Below are positions 39,903 through 47,771 of a stretch of DNA of 64,000 nt, one piece after another. The stretch covers positions 186,001-250,000 of IMG/VR virus record IMGVR_UViG_3300010158_000027; one strand, given 5' to 3'. How positions within the stretch are numbered: position 1 is the first letter of the stretch; the number at the start of each line of letters is the position of its first letter. Position numbers and translations under genes: made by a program. Under the pieces are notes generated by a model. That model had not been told where the DNA came from. It did not search any database and saw nothing but the letters and a program-made list of their open reading frames with translations.

Positions 39903-41357
39903 ATGCTTTTAACTAACGAGATTAAGATTAGGATCACTGGTAATGTGGGTGATTATTATAGAAAAAATAACATTGATGTTAAGTTTAATGAATATAATGA
40001 TTTGCCAATTGAGTTGGTTAATCCCCAAAGTCATTTAATTGTTGATGCGGTTTGTGATGTGTGTGGTAAAGAAGTAAAAATTCAATATAGAAGATATAAT
40101 CAATCGGTTAATAAAGGTGGGTATTACACTTGTTCTGCTAAGTGTGGTAAAAACAAAATGGAGGAAACTTTTTTAAAGAAATACGGTTCTAAAAGTATAT
40201 TTAAAACGGATGACTTTAAAGAGAAAAGTAAACAAAGTAATTTATTGAAATGGGGTTCTGAGCATTTTAGACAAAGTGAAAAATGGAAAAATGAAAGAGG
40301 GTTAGTTGAACAACAAAAAAGAAAAGACACTGTGTTTAATCAATTTTTAGTTGAAAACCCAAAAGTTATTGGTCAAGATGAAAACCATTTTATTATTAAA
40401 TGTGGTGTTCATGGGGAATCTAAAATACCTAAAAATTTATATTCTAATAGAAAGATTTGTAAAACTGAGTTTTGTTGTGAATGTAATCCAATTGATGGTA
40501 ATATATCAGGGAAAGAGATTTTGTTATACAAATTAATCGGTGAATTATATGATGGAGAGATTATTCAATCGTATAAAATAAATCGTAAAGAAATTGATGT
40601 TTATTTACCTGAATTAAAGATAGGGTTTGAATTTAATGGTTTAAGATGGCATTCTGAATTATTTGTTGATAATGATTATCATATTAAAAAGACCACATTG
40701 TGCCGTGAGAATAATGTTAGATTAATACATGTTTTTGAAGATGACTTTGATTTTAAAATTGATATTGTAAAATCGATTATTGGTAACATTTTAAAAACAT
40801 CTAACAAAATTTATGGTAGGAAAACAAATATTAGGGTAATCAAGGATAAAGAAATTGTTAAAGATTTTTTAAATAAAAATCACTTACAGGGGTTTGTTAA
40901 TACGAATATGAATTATGGGTTATATTATAATGATGAACTGATATCATTAATGACTTTTATGAAAACAAGAAAGGTATTGAACAAATCACATAAAGATGGT
41001 GAATATGAATTAGTTAGATTTTGTAATAAAATTGGTACCTCAGTTGTGGGTGGAGCTTCTAAATTGTTTAAACAATTCATTAAAGATTATAACCCAAGTA
41101 GCGTTTTATCTTATTGTGATATATCTTGGGCTAATGGTGATTTATATAAAAATCTTGGTTTTGAATTAATTGGGGTAAGTAAACCAAATTATTATTATGT
41201 TATTAATGGTAAGCGGGAAAATAGGATTAATTACCAAAAACATAAATTGGTTAAAAAGGGACATGATGTGAATTTGACTGAAGTGGAAATTATGTATGGG
41301 TTGGGTTATTATAGAATATTTAATTGCGGAAATGAGAAATATCTATATCTGAACTAA
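39903..41357 (+). CDS. Hef-like free-standing homing endonuclease (Zn fingers + PD-(D/E)XK + GNAT-like C-terminal domain)
   Basis: CDVC, CSAKC, CCEC; EIDVYLPELKIGFEFNGLRWHSE; NHLQG..YELVRFC..VVGGASKLF..SYCD. Confidence 0.75.
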   Translation: MLLTNEIKIRITGNVGDYYRKNNIDVKFNEYNDLPIELVNPQSHLIVDAVCDVCGKEVKIQYRRYNQSVNKGGYYTCSAKCGKNKMEETFLKKYGSKSIFKTDDFKEKSKQSNLLKWGSEHFRQSEKWKNERGLVEQQKRKDTVFNQFLVENPKVIGQDENHFIIKCGVHGESKIPKNLYSNRKICKTEFCCECNPIDGNISGKEILLYKLIGELYDGEIIQSYKINRKEIDVYLPELKIGFEFNGLRWHSELFVDNDYHIKKTTLCRENNVRLIHVFEDDFDFKIDIVKSIIGNILKTSNKIYGRKTNIRVIKDKEIVKDFLNKNHLQGFVNTNMNYGLYYNDELISLMTFMKTRKVLNKSHKDGEYELVRFCNKIGTSVVGGASKLFKQFIKDYNPSSVLSYCDISWANGDLYKNLGFELIGVSKPNYYYVINGKRENRINYQKHKLVKKGHDVNLTEVEIMYGLGYYRIFNCGNEKYLYLN

Positions 41358-41371
41358 ATCCCCAATTTTAA

Positions 41372-41443
41372 ATCCATACTTTTTACTTGTACTATAACCT
41401 CAAGGACGAATTCGTTAGAGTATTAAATTCTAAAATTGATTAA
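41372..41443 (+). pseudogene. Remnant of the original 3' end of the DHH gene
   Basis: Reads LKDEFVRVLNSKID* versus IQDQFVKVLQDKINNQ* at the end of 38433-39851. Confidence 0.6.
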
Positions 41444-41796
41444 TATAGGGACGTCTTTACACTGTCCCCCACTTTAATTCCTAGTGAATCACAGGTACCA
41501 CCAACAACCTCCAACACTTGATCACCAACTCCAGCGTAGGATTCACATGACGATTCATCATGACATGGTGGACAGTCACTATGAATGGATGTAATGGTAT
41601 CACCATTTATGAATATAATATCTAATGGAGTTATACAATCGTACATCCAAAAACTTTGATCACCATTGTTTGGTAACATAAAAAACATGCCGTTAAAATT
41701 CATATCGAAGGTTTTGTTTTGCATCCCTTCACGTATTGTTTTTGGTGTTGCACAAAGCCTACATTTGAATGTGTTTTCATTTATAATAATATTCAT
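41440..41796 (-). CDS. DUF192 (UPF0127) family protein
   Basis: GMFF..SFWMYDCITPLDIIFI..CPPC..VLEV.GG..LGIKVGD. Confidence 0.85.
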   Translation of the reverse strand: MNIIINENTFKCRLCATPKTIREGMQNKTFDMNFNGMFFMLPNNGDQSFWMYDCITPLDIIFINGDTITSIHSDCPPCHDESSCESYAGVGDQVLEVVGGTCDSLGIKVGDSVKTSLY

Positions 41797-41947
41797 ATAA
41801 TATAAATACCATTAAATCAGGTAATGGGTACTAAATTTAGGATATCTGATGGAAATATTGAAGTTTTTATAAGAAACTTTGGCTTTTGGTGTTTTTAGAC
41901 GTATTTATTATTACTTCCGTAAAATATTCATTTTTTTTATTTAAACG

Positions 41948-42004
41948 TTTGACAAAACAATTTAATAGCGTTAGATTTGTAAAACAATTAGGAAACGTCC
42001 TAAT
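41948..42004 (+). promoter_or_regulatory. Promoter P1 (TTTGACA-N17-TAGATTTG) plus ATTAGG-AAACGT-CCTAAT hairpin
   Basis: Consensus match; hairpin repeated with covariation after P2. Confidence 0.7.
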
Positions 42005-42040
42005 AAATAAATCGAATTATTAAATTTAAACGATTAAAAT

Positions 42041-42187
42041 ATGAGTGAAGAAATTGAAGTTGTTGAGAGCAAAATGTTCTACTACTACGGACCTAACGGA
42101 GAAAAACTTTACACACCTAACAGCGAGTTCGCCGCTGCTCAGGCTAGTAAATACGAGACTCACGATGTCTACGCAGAAAAAGCTTAA
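42041..42187 (+). CDS. 48-aa small ORF (MSEEIEVVESKMFYYYGPNG...)
   Basis: Translated by eye; lies between P1 and P2; strongly biased codons. Confidence 0.65.
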   Translation: MSEEIEVVESKMFYYYGPNGEKLYTPNSEFAAAQASKYETHDVYAEKA

Positions 42188-42203
42188 AAATGTCCACAAG
42201 GAC

Positions 42204-42272
42204 TTGTCTAATTGAAAAAAAAGACTTAACATTGTAAAACAAATCGGAAACGTCCGATAACGTTCTTTGAAA
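42204..42272 (+). promoter_or_regulatory. Promoter P2 (TTGTCT-N17-TAACAT), ATCGG-AAACGT-CCGAT hairpin and boxA-like GTTCTTTGAAA
   Basis: Directly visible motifs. Confidence 0.6.
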
Positions 42273-42279
42273 TTCTAAA

Positions 42280-43155
42280 ACCGACCGAAACAGTCACCAC
42301 AGTTAAAAAAAGTGAATATAACACCTCCCTTTCTTTAAACGTGAAACTAAATTAAGTCATTGGGCCGTGTATGGTCCATTAAAATAAACCACGAAAGTGG
42401 GATAAAGTGAATTTGCGAGTGTTAGTAGATTTGCGTCTTGGGAAACTGAGGTCGAGTACACAAGTGGGATATCATCCGACCTTTAGTATTGAGGGCGACG
42501 CTTTAGGGAAAGTGGTTGGATGGAACGGCAATGTGGATTGTCAGTCTGAGGAGGGAACTCCAATAAGAATAACCCATAGGTATCAAGCGAAAAATATAAA
42601 TTCCAAATATATAATTGCGGATACCATTATAAAAGGGGACTTAAAACCGAAAGGTAAGATAAAGAACGAGTGGTGTCGCTATTATCCCTATCAAAGATCT
42701 ACCAAGATCTTGATATGAAGTAATCTTAAAATATGGAAATGGGGACATTTCACGAGGTAGTCAGGTATTCTGTTTTTCAAAAGAAAATGGATCCTAAACG
42801 GACCGCTACTTTGATTCATCCACAACACACAACTTATTACTAAATTAAGTAAAATTAACTAAAAATAAGCAAAAGTGTTCGTTACGATATGACGGAAGTT
42901 ACCCACCTATTCACTGGCTGTCAGTGGAACGTGATAACCGCAAGTTTGACCGTATTTTTATGAAAAATCTCTAGGACGTCGAAATCCGAATCAGGACGCA
43001 ATCTTGATGAGACAGGAGTAGTAAGAGAGTAGTTGTATCGTCAAGGAGTGATTGGTCTAACCAATCGGTAATGAGTGTTACAGGACAAAATCCTGTGGAT
43101 AAGAGTAGAATACATAATGACTCAAAAGACACTTAATAAAAACTATAATCTCAGG
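42280..43155 (+). ncRNA. Large ornate structured RNA, GOLLD-like candidate
   Basis: ~880 nt without a credible ORF, GC-richer than its flanks; many GNRA-capped stems; long-range GAGAGTAGTT/AACTATAATCTC closing stem; followed by a tRNA. 5' boundary approximate. Confidence 0.7.
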
Positions 43156-43176
43156 TTTTTTTTAATATTCAAATAT

Positions 43177-43249
43177 AGCAGGGGGGAGGTAAGGTATTTC
43201 ATTGGTCTCATAAGCCAACTCAAGCTGGTTCGATTCCGGTCCGATGCTA
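43177..43249 (+). tRNA. tRNA with CAT anticodon (Met or Ile2), imperfect acceptor stem
   Basis: D, anticodon (TTGGT-CTCATAA-GCCAA) and T (GCTGG-TTCGATT-CCGGT) arms intact; acceptor has a mismatch/bulge and G at position 8. Confidence 0.6.
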
Positions 43250-43260
43250 CAATATAATTA

Positions 43261-43289
43261 AACTCTACCCCAAAAAGGTGGGGTTTTTT
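43261..43289 (+). terminator. Intrinsic terminator closing the RNA operon
   Basis: AACTCTACC/GGTGGGGTT stem plus U-tract. Confidence 0.75.
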
Positions 43290-43364
43290 CGTTTATAATC
43301 CTTACTTTTTCAATTAACTATATATTTATATTGGAAGATAAAAAAATTATAAACAAAAAGTATT

Positions 43365-43877
43365 ATGAAAAAAATAGTTAGACTAACAGAATCGGATTTA
43401 ACTGATCTTATTAAAAGAATCGTTGAAGAGTCTGAAAACGATATGAAATCAACAGATGAAGATGGTGATAATGAAATGTCCAAACAAGATGCGATAGATT
43501 TAATTGCCAAATTCCTTGATAAAAAAGTTTTACCAAAACTAGACGACGAGGAAATACGTGATTTGAAACGAAAATCAGCACCAAAACGATCAAGAGGTAT
43601 TCAAGAAGAAGAAATGGATTCTAAAAGTAGAATGTCAAACTTCAAAGAAAAAATGATGATTAGAGGTGGTTTAGGTACTGCGGCCGCTGGGGTAATCGCA
43701 ACACTTAGCGAATTCACAGGTTGGTCTGAATCTGCGATGTTATCAAAAATACATTCATTTATTGAACAGGCAGGAGCTGGTAATTATGCTGGACCTATTT
43801 CAGTAGCTATGGTTGCTGCAGGATTGGCGTTAGCTCTTAAAGGTAAAGACGTACAATACAGAAGAACAAACAAATAA
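43365..43877 (+). CDS. LTESDL-leader late protein with C-terminal hydrophobic segments
   Basis: Leader family; TATTTAT at 43323; two Ala/Gly-rich hydrophobic stretches. Confidence 0.7.
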   Translation: MKKIVRLTESDLTDLIKRIVEESENDMKSTDEDGDNEMSKQDAIDLIAKFLDKKVLPKLDDEEIRDLKRKSAPKRSRGIQEEEMDSKSRMSNFKEKMMIRGGLGTAAAGVIATLSEFTGWSESAMLSKIHSFIEQAGAGNYAGPISVAMVAAGLALALKGKDVQYRRTNK

Positions 43878-43898
43878 TTAAAAAAAATCATATAAAAG

Positions 43899-43926
43899 AA
43901 ATCCCCCCAATACAGGGGGATTTTTT
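43899..43926 (+). terminator. Intrinsic terminator (AATACAGG family)
   Basis: AAATCCCCC/GGGGGATTT stem. Confidence 0.8.
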
Positions 43927-43930
43927 GGTT

Positions 43931-44263
43931 TCATCTATTTTTTAAATAACCCTCCAAGATCACAATAACCGCATCGATTTCATCCTTGTCCTCGTCACTA
44001 ACTAAATTTGAATTTTTATTTAGGTACATGTATTTCCATAAAACGAAGTAGTGAAAAAGAAACACCAGGGACAATGTGAATAACGTCACATTAACGAATA
44101 TTAAATACGGGATAAAAATTGAAAGAAATGATAAAATAAAATTATAATTTCTTGAATTAGAAAGTGATAAAAACTTATAAGTTAATATCGTTCTTCTCAA
44201 TTTTAAAGTTGACACATTTTTATACAATTCAGCTTCTTTTTGGATTTTATCTCTGTCTACCAT
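43931..44263 (-). CDS. Two-TM membrane protein
   Basis: Hydrophobic core. Confidence 0.6.
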   Translation of the reverse strand: MVDRDKIQKEAELYKNVSTLKLRRTILTYKFLSLSNSRNYNFILSFLSIFIPYLIFVNVTLFTLSLVFLFHYFVLWKYMYLNKNSNLVSDEDKDEIDAVIVILEGYLKNR

Positions 44264-44396
44264 GTCTTAAATTTTTATAAAACAAATATATGAATAATTC
44301 ACTAACCGGCAATTAATAAATGATATTTTTATAATATTCAAGTGAAATTAATTATTTATTTTTTTGTCATTGAATTAAAAAGCGTATATTTGTTGT

Positions 44397-44807
44397 ATGA
44401 AAAACGGATATAAAGTAGGACGAGCAATATCGGATAACCACATTAAGTCGGTTAAAAAATTAATTAAAGACAAAGTTTACGTCGTGGAATCGAACGGAAA
44501 CCCTGAAGGTTGGATATTTGATTATTATATAAATAACTCGATAATCAAAATCACATCGATTAGAAAGTATCGACACGCCAATGAAAGGTACCGAGACGAC
44601 CTAAAATATGCATATGAAATTGACGTTATTATTGATATGACAAATGCTCGTCACAACTCTGATAGGTATAGCGCTAGACGAATGGGTAGTATGTTGAGGG
44701 GTCCGTTATTACGAAGAATTGATGATGAGTTAAAATATTTCGGAATCGACGCATGTAGATATGCAACAATTTCAAAAATTAATTTCCAAACGGGTAGTTT
44801 AATATAA
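44397..44807 (+). CDS. Hypothetical early-type protein
   Basis: TATATTTG 4 nt before ATG. Confidence 0.65.
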   Translation: MKNGYKVGRAISDNHIKSVKKLIKDKVYVVESNGNPEGWIFDYYINNSIIKITSIRKYRHANERYRDDLKYAYEIDVIIDMTNARHNSDRYSARRMGSMLRGPLLRRIDDELKYFGIDACRYATISKINFQTGSLI

Positions 44808-44839
44808 AAAAAAGTATTACATTTGTTTAAATCAAAGAT

Positions 44840-45106
44840 ATGGCGACACTAAAACACATAACGATTATTCATCCTAAATATGGGGAAATATTGAATGAGA
44901 CATTCATCGATGAGGTACAATTCAAATTGTTTTTAAAAATGATACACTCGTCTATTGAGTTGAAACAATCACTATCTACGTTCAACGGGAAGGACTTTTT
45001 GATTCACGTACCAACTGAAATCTTAAAAGAGTGTGTGGTTATAGGTGTAGCAAAAGAGGTGTCGATGGTTGATGTTATGGTTGCAAAATCTAAGTTGGAA
45101 GGGTAG
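44840..45106 (+). CDS. Hypothetical protein
   Basis: Follows a TACATTTG motif. Confidence 0.65.
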   Translation: MATLKHITIIHPKYGEILNETFIDEVQFKLFLKMIHSSIELKQSLSTFNGKDFLIHVPTEILKECVVIGVAKEVSMVDVMVAKSKLEG

Positions 45107-45169
45107 TTTCTTTGTTTCTCTTTAAAACAAAGTGGTGGTTGCTCGAATCACAATCCGTGATCGACCCTG

Positions 45170-45198
45170 AAAGGTGAGAGAAATCTCACCTTTTTTTT
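45170..45198 (+). terminator. Intrinsic terminator
   Basis: AAAGGTGAGA-GAAA-TCTCACCTTT plus T8. Confidence 0.85.
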
Positions 45199-45219
45199 GT
45201 TTGTGTGATATTTATTATT

Positions 45220-45591
45220 ATGAATATTAATGAAATCATAAAAAAGGTATTGAAAGAAGAGTTTCTAACGAATTCCTTAATATATGAGGATGAGTTTGGA
45301 TCGGTCGAAGAGGTTAACATTCTAACTGAAGCGGAGTATCAAGGTAGAAATGTGAGTCTTGGTAAAGTCATGCAGGGGGATATTAAAAAGTTTAAGGTTT
45401 ATGTTAAAAACGATAAAGGAAAAGTCGTTAAGGTGAATTTTGGATTTGGTGGTAAATCTGCACATGGGAAACGAATGGTTATTAAAAAAAATAATCCTGA
45501 ACGTAGAAAATCGTTTAGAGCGAGAATGAATTGTGACAGTCCAGGTCCCAGATGGAAACCTAGATATTGGAGCTGTCGGACTTGGAATTAA
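45220..45591 (+). CDS. Late basic protein (VKVNFG..RRKSFRARMNCD..YWSC)
   Basis: TATTTAT 4 nt upstream; leader ending VLKEE. Confidence 0.7.
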   Translation: MNINEIIKKVLKEEFLTNSLIYEDEFGSVEEVNILTEAEYQGRNVSLGKVMQGDIKKFKVYVKNDKGKVVKVNFGFGGKSAHGKRMVIKKNNPERRKSFRARMNCDSPGPRWKPRYWSCRTWN

Positions 45592-45602
45592 AATAAAAAA
45601 TT

Positions 45603-45902
45603 ATGGGAAAAATTATAGTAACAGAAAAACAACTAGAACGGATGGTTAGAATTCTAAAAGAAAATGATCATGATGGTTCTTATATGGCAAAACAACAATT
45701 GTTTACCATAGCCACATTGGCATATAAGATGTGGGAAATGATGGAAGAGGGTGAGGAACTTGAAGATTGGATGGAAACCAAAATCGCTCAAGCCGAACAA
45801 TCAATAACCGCAGTTGTTAAGTCTCATATGTATGATGACATTGAAGATAGAGCAAAAGGTAGTGGTGGAATCGATCTGGATGGATTGATTATTGGTAATT
45901 AA
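45603..45902 (+). CDS. Late protein with leader ending ILKE
   Basis: MGKIIVTEKQLERMVRILKE. Confidence 0.65.
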   Translation: MGKIIVTEKQLERMVRILKENDHDGSYMAKQQLFTIATLAYKMWEMMEEGEELEDWMETKIAQAEQSITAVVKSHMYDDIEDRAKGSGGIDLDGLIIGN

Positions 45903-45960
45903 CCACACAGTACTAAAATATTATCATTCCCCCCTTCTTTATTGACTGGGGGTTTTTTAT

Positions 45961-47289
45961 GTCACTCCACCGAAAAACCCAACCATCTTTAGTGGTTGGG
46001 ATGTAAGGTGTGAAATAATTTAATATTTTTTTAATAAAATTCTTCTTTTTGTTAAAACCAAGATATTTATATAATATGAAGGTTATTAACAAATCATACA
46101 AAGTTAGAATTTACCCTAATAAAGAACAAAAAGTTCTTTTGGAAAAACATTTTGGTTGTATTAGATTCGTATATAATCATTTTTTAAATGTTAGAAATCT
46201 GGAATATAAAGAGAATAAAATCAATCTGAATTATGTTGTAACGGCAAATAAACTATCAGAAATGAAAAATTTAGAAAATTTTAACTTTCTTAATGAGGTT
46301 AATTCACAATCATTACAATGGAGTTTAAAATATTTAGATAACTCATTTAGAAACTTCTTCAGAGGACAAACAAAATTCCCTAATTTTAAGAAAAAATCAA
46401 ATAACCAATCATTTAAAGTACCGGTTAATTCTACATTTAAAATAGAAAAAAATAAAATTATTATCCCTAAATTTAGAGAAGGTATCCATTTTAGAGGTAA
46501 ATTAGAATTAAAAAATTTAATTAAATTTAATTCAATTAATATATCCAAAACCGCATCAGGTAAATATTATGCTTCATTACAAGGGGAATTTAATTATACA
46601 CCTAAAGTTCAAAATGATAATAAAGTAGGTATTGACTTAGGTTTAAAAAAGTTTTTAATAACCGATACTGGTGTTAAATTTGACAATCCTAAATTCCTTA
46701 AAAAACAATTAAAAAAATTAAAATACAAACAAAAACAATTAAGTAAAAAAAATAAAGGTTCTAATAATAGACAAAAACAAAGAATTTTAGTATCTTTAAT
46801 TCATGAAAAAATAAGTAATAAAAGAAATGATTTTTTACATAAGTTAAGTCAAAAAATAGTTAATGAAAATCAAATTATCTGTTTAGAAAACTTATCTGTT
46901 AAAAATATGATAAAAAACCATAAATTAGCTCAATCAATATCAGATGTTAGTTGGTCAAAATTTGTTGATATGTTAAAATATAAATCGGATTGGAATGATA
47001 GACAATTAGTTCAGATAGATAGGTTCTATCCTAGTTCTAAAAGTTGTTCCGCTTGTCATTATATAAACGAAGGATTAACATTAAAAGATGGAGAATGGAC
47101 TTGTCCTTCTTGTAATACACATCACGATAGAGATGTAAATGCTGCTAAAAATATCCTTATACAAGGAATAAACATATTGTCTGGTTCGGGAACCGAGTCG
47201 GACATTAAACAAAAACCTGTGGAGGCGTTGCGGTTACGCAAGTCTAAGAAACAGGAATCCCATTCATCTTTAGTGATTGGGTAGTTCAA
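45961..47289. mobile_element. tnpB-only IS200/IS605-family element
   Basis: Subterminal hairpins CCCAACCA-TCTTTAG-TGGTTGGG (45978-46000) and CCCATTCA-TCTTTAG-TGATTGGG (47259-47281); right end ...GTTCAA; left boundary approximate. Confidence 0.8.
46076..47284 (+). CDS. tnpB: TnpB RNA-guided endonuclease
   Basis: SYKVRIYP HTH; RuvC GIDLG, CLENL and DRDVNAA; CSAC/CPSC zinc finger. Confidence 0.93.
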   Translation: MKVINKSYKVRIYPNKEQKVLLEKHFGCIRFVYNHFLNVRNLEYKENKINLNYVVTANKLSEMKNLENFNFLNEVNSQSLQWSLKYLDNSFRNFFRGQTKFPNFKKKSNNQSFKVPVNSTFKIEKNKIIIPKFREGIHFRGKLELKNLIKFNSINISKTASGKYYASLQGEFNYTPKVQNDNKVGIDLGLKKFLITDTGVKFDNPKFLKKQLKKLKYKQKQLSKKNKGSNNRQKQRILVSLIHEKISNKRNDFLHKLSQKIVNENQIICLENLSVKNMIKNHKLAQSISDVSWSKFVDMLKYKSDWNDRQLVQIDRFYPSSKSCSACHYINEGLTLKDGEWTCPSCNTHHDRDVNAAKNILIQGINILSGSGTESDIKQKPVEALRLRKSKKQESHSSLVIG

Positions 47290-47305
47290 GAGGTAAAAAA
47301 GATTT
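47170..47305 (+). ncRNA. Probable omega/reRNA overlapping the tnpB 3' end, with flank-derived guide
   Basis: GC-richer structured tail in the last codons plus right-end hairpin; typical TnpB arrangement; boundaries approximate. Confidence 0.6.
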
Positions 47306-47311
47306 AATAAT

Positions 47312-47407
47312 ATGGAAGACACATTAGAATTAATGCACAATGAGTTTATAAACTCAGATGAGTATTATGTATTTTTACAAAAATTAGACGAAGAACCAAA
47401 ACTATGA
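47312..47407 (+). CDS. 31-aa small ORF
   Basis: Stop overlaps the next ATG. Confidence 0.45.
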   Translation: MEDTLELMHNEFINSDEYYVFLQKLDEEPKL

Positions 47408-47721
47408 GTTTAGAAAAATCCTTTTCAGATTATATTGATAAGTTTTATCCACAGCTAAATGATTTAAAGTTGGGACACCTTTTTGATGGGGACACCACAA
47501 CATTTTTTTTACAAGATAAAAGTAGAGTAAAATATTTTGTGTTTTTTTATTTTAATAATATTGGGTACGGCAGAGATTTGAATTGCCCAATGGGACTAGT
47601 AGATAATCTTGAAGGGTATTTTGATAATCAAACTGAAGGATTACTTCTTGATTGGTTCATTTCAAACTATGAAATACCTTTAAGACGGTTAGTTCCAACA
47701 GAATTAGTGAAACGTGTATAA
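47404..47721 (+). CDS. Hypothetical protein
   Basis: 105-aa ORF. Confidence 0.55.
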   Translation: MSLEKSFSDYIDKFYPQLNDLKLGHLFDGDTTTFFLQDKSRVKYFVFFYFNNIGYGRDLNCPMGLVDNLEGYFDNQTEGLLLDWFISNYEIPLRRLVPTELVKRV

Positions 47722-47771
47722 AAATATACGTTTTTTTTGTTTATTGGTATATTTATTAATAAAACGATAAT

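Noticed and set aside
39852-41440. Group I intron housing the endonucleases (also 53504-54340)
   Set aside because: Upstream genes end with their own stop codons, flanks are too short and AT-rich for an intron core, and no P7-like motifs were seen.
42407-42718. 103-aa ORF (and 43075-43257) inside the large RNA
   Set aside because: Non-ATG start, atypical composition, and overlaps dense RNA stems; likely chance ORFs.
46076-47284. Cas12f/type V effector
   Set aside because: Has IS605 end hairpins and an HTH, with no adjacent CRISPR array; ordinary TnpB is the simpler call.
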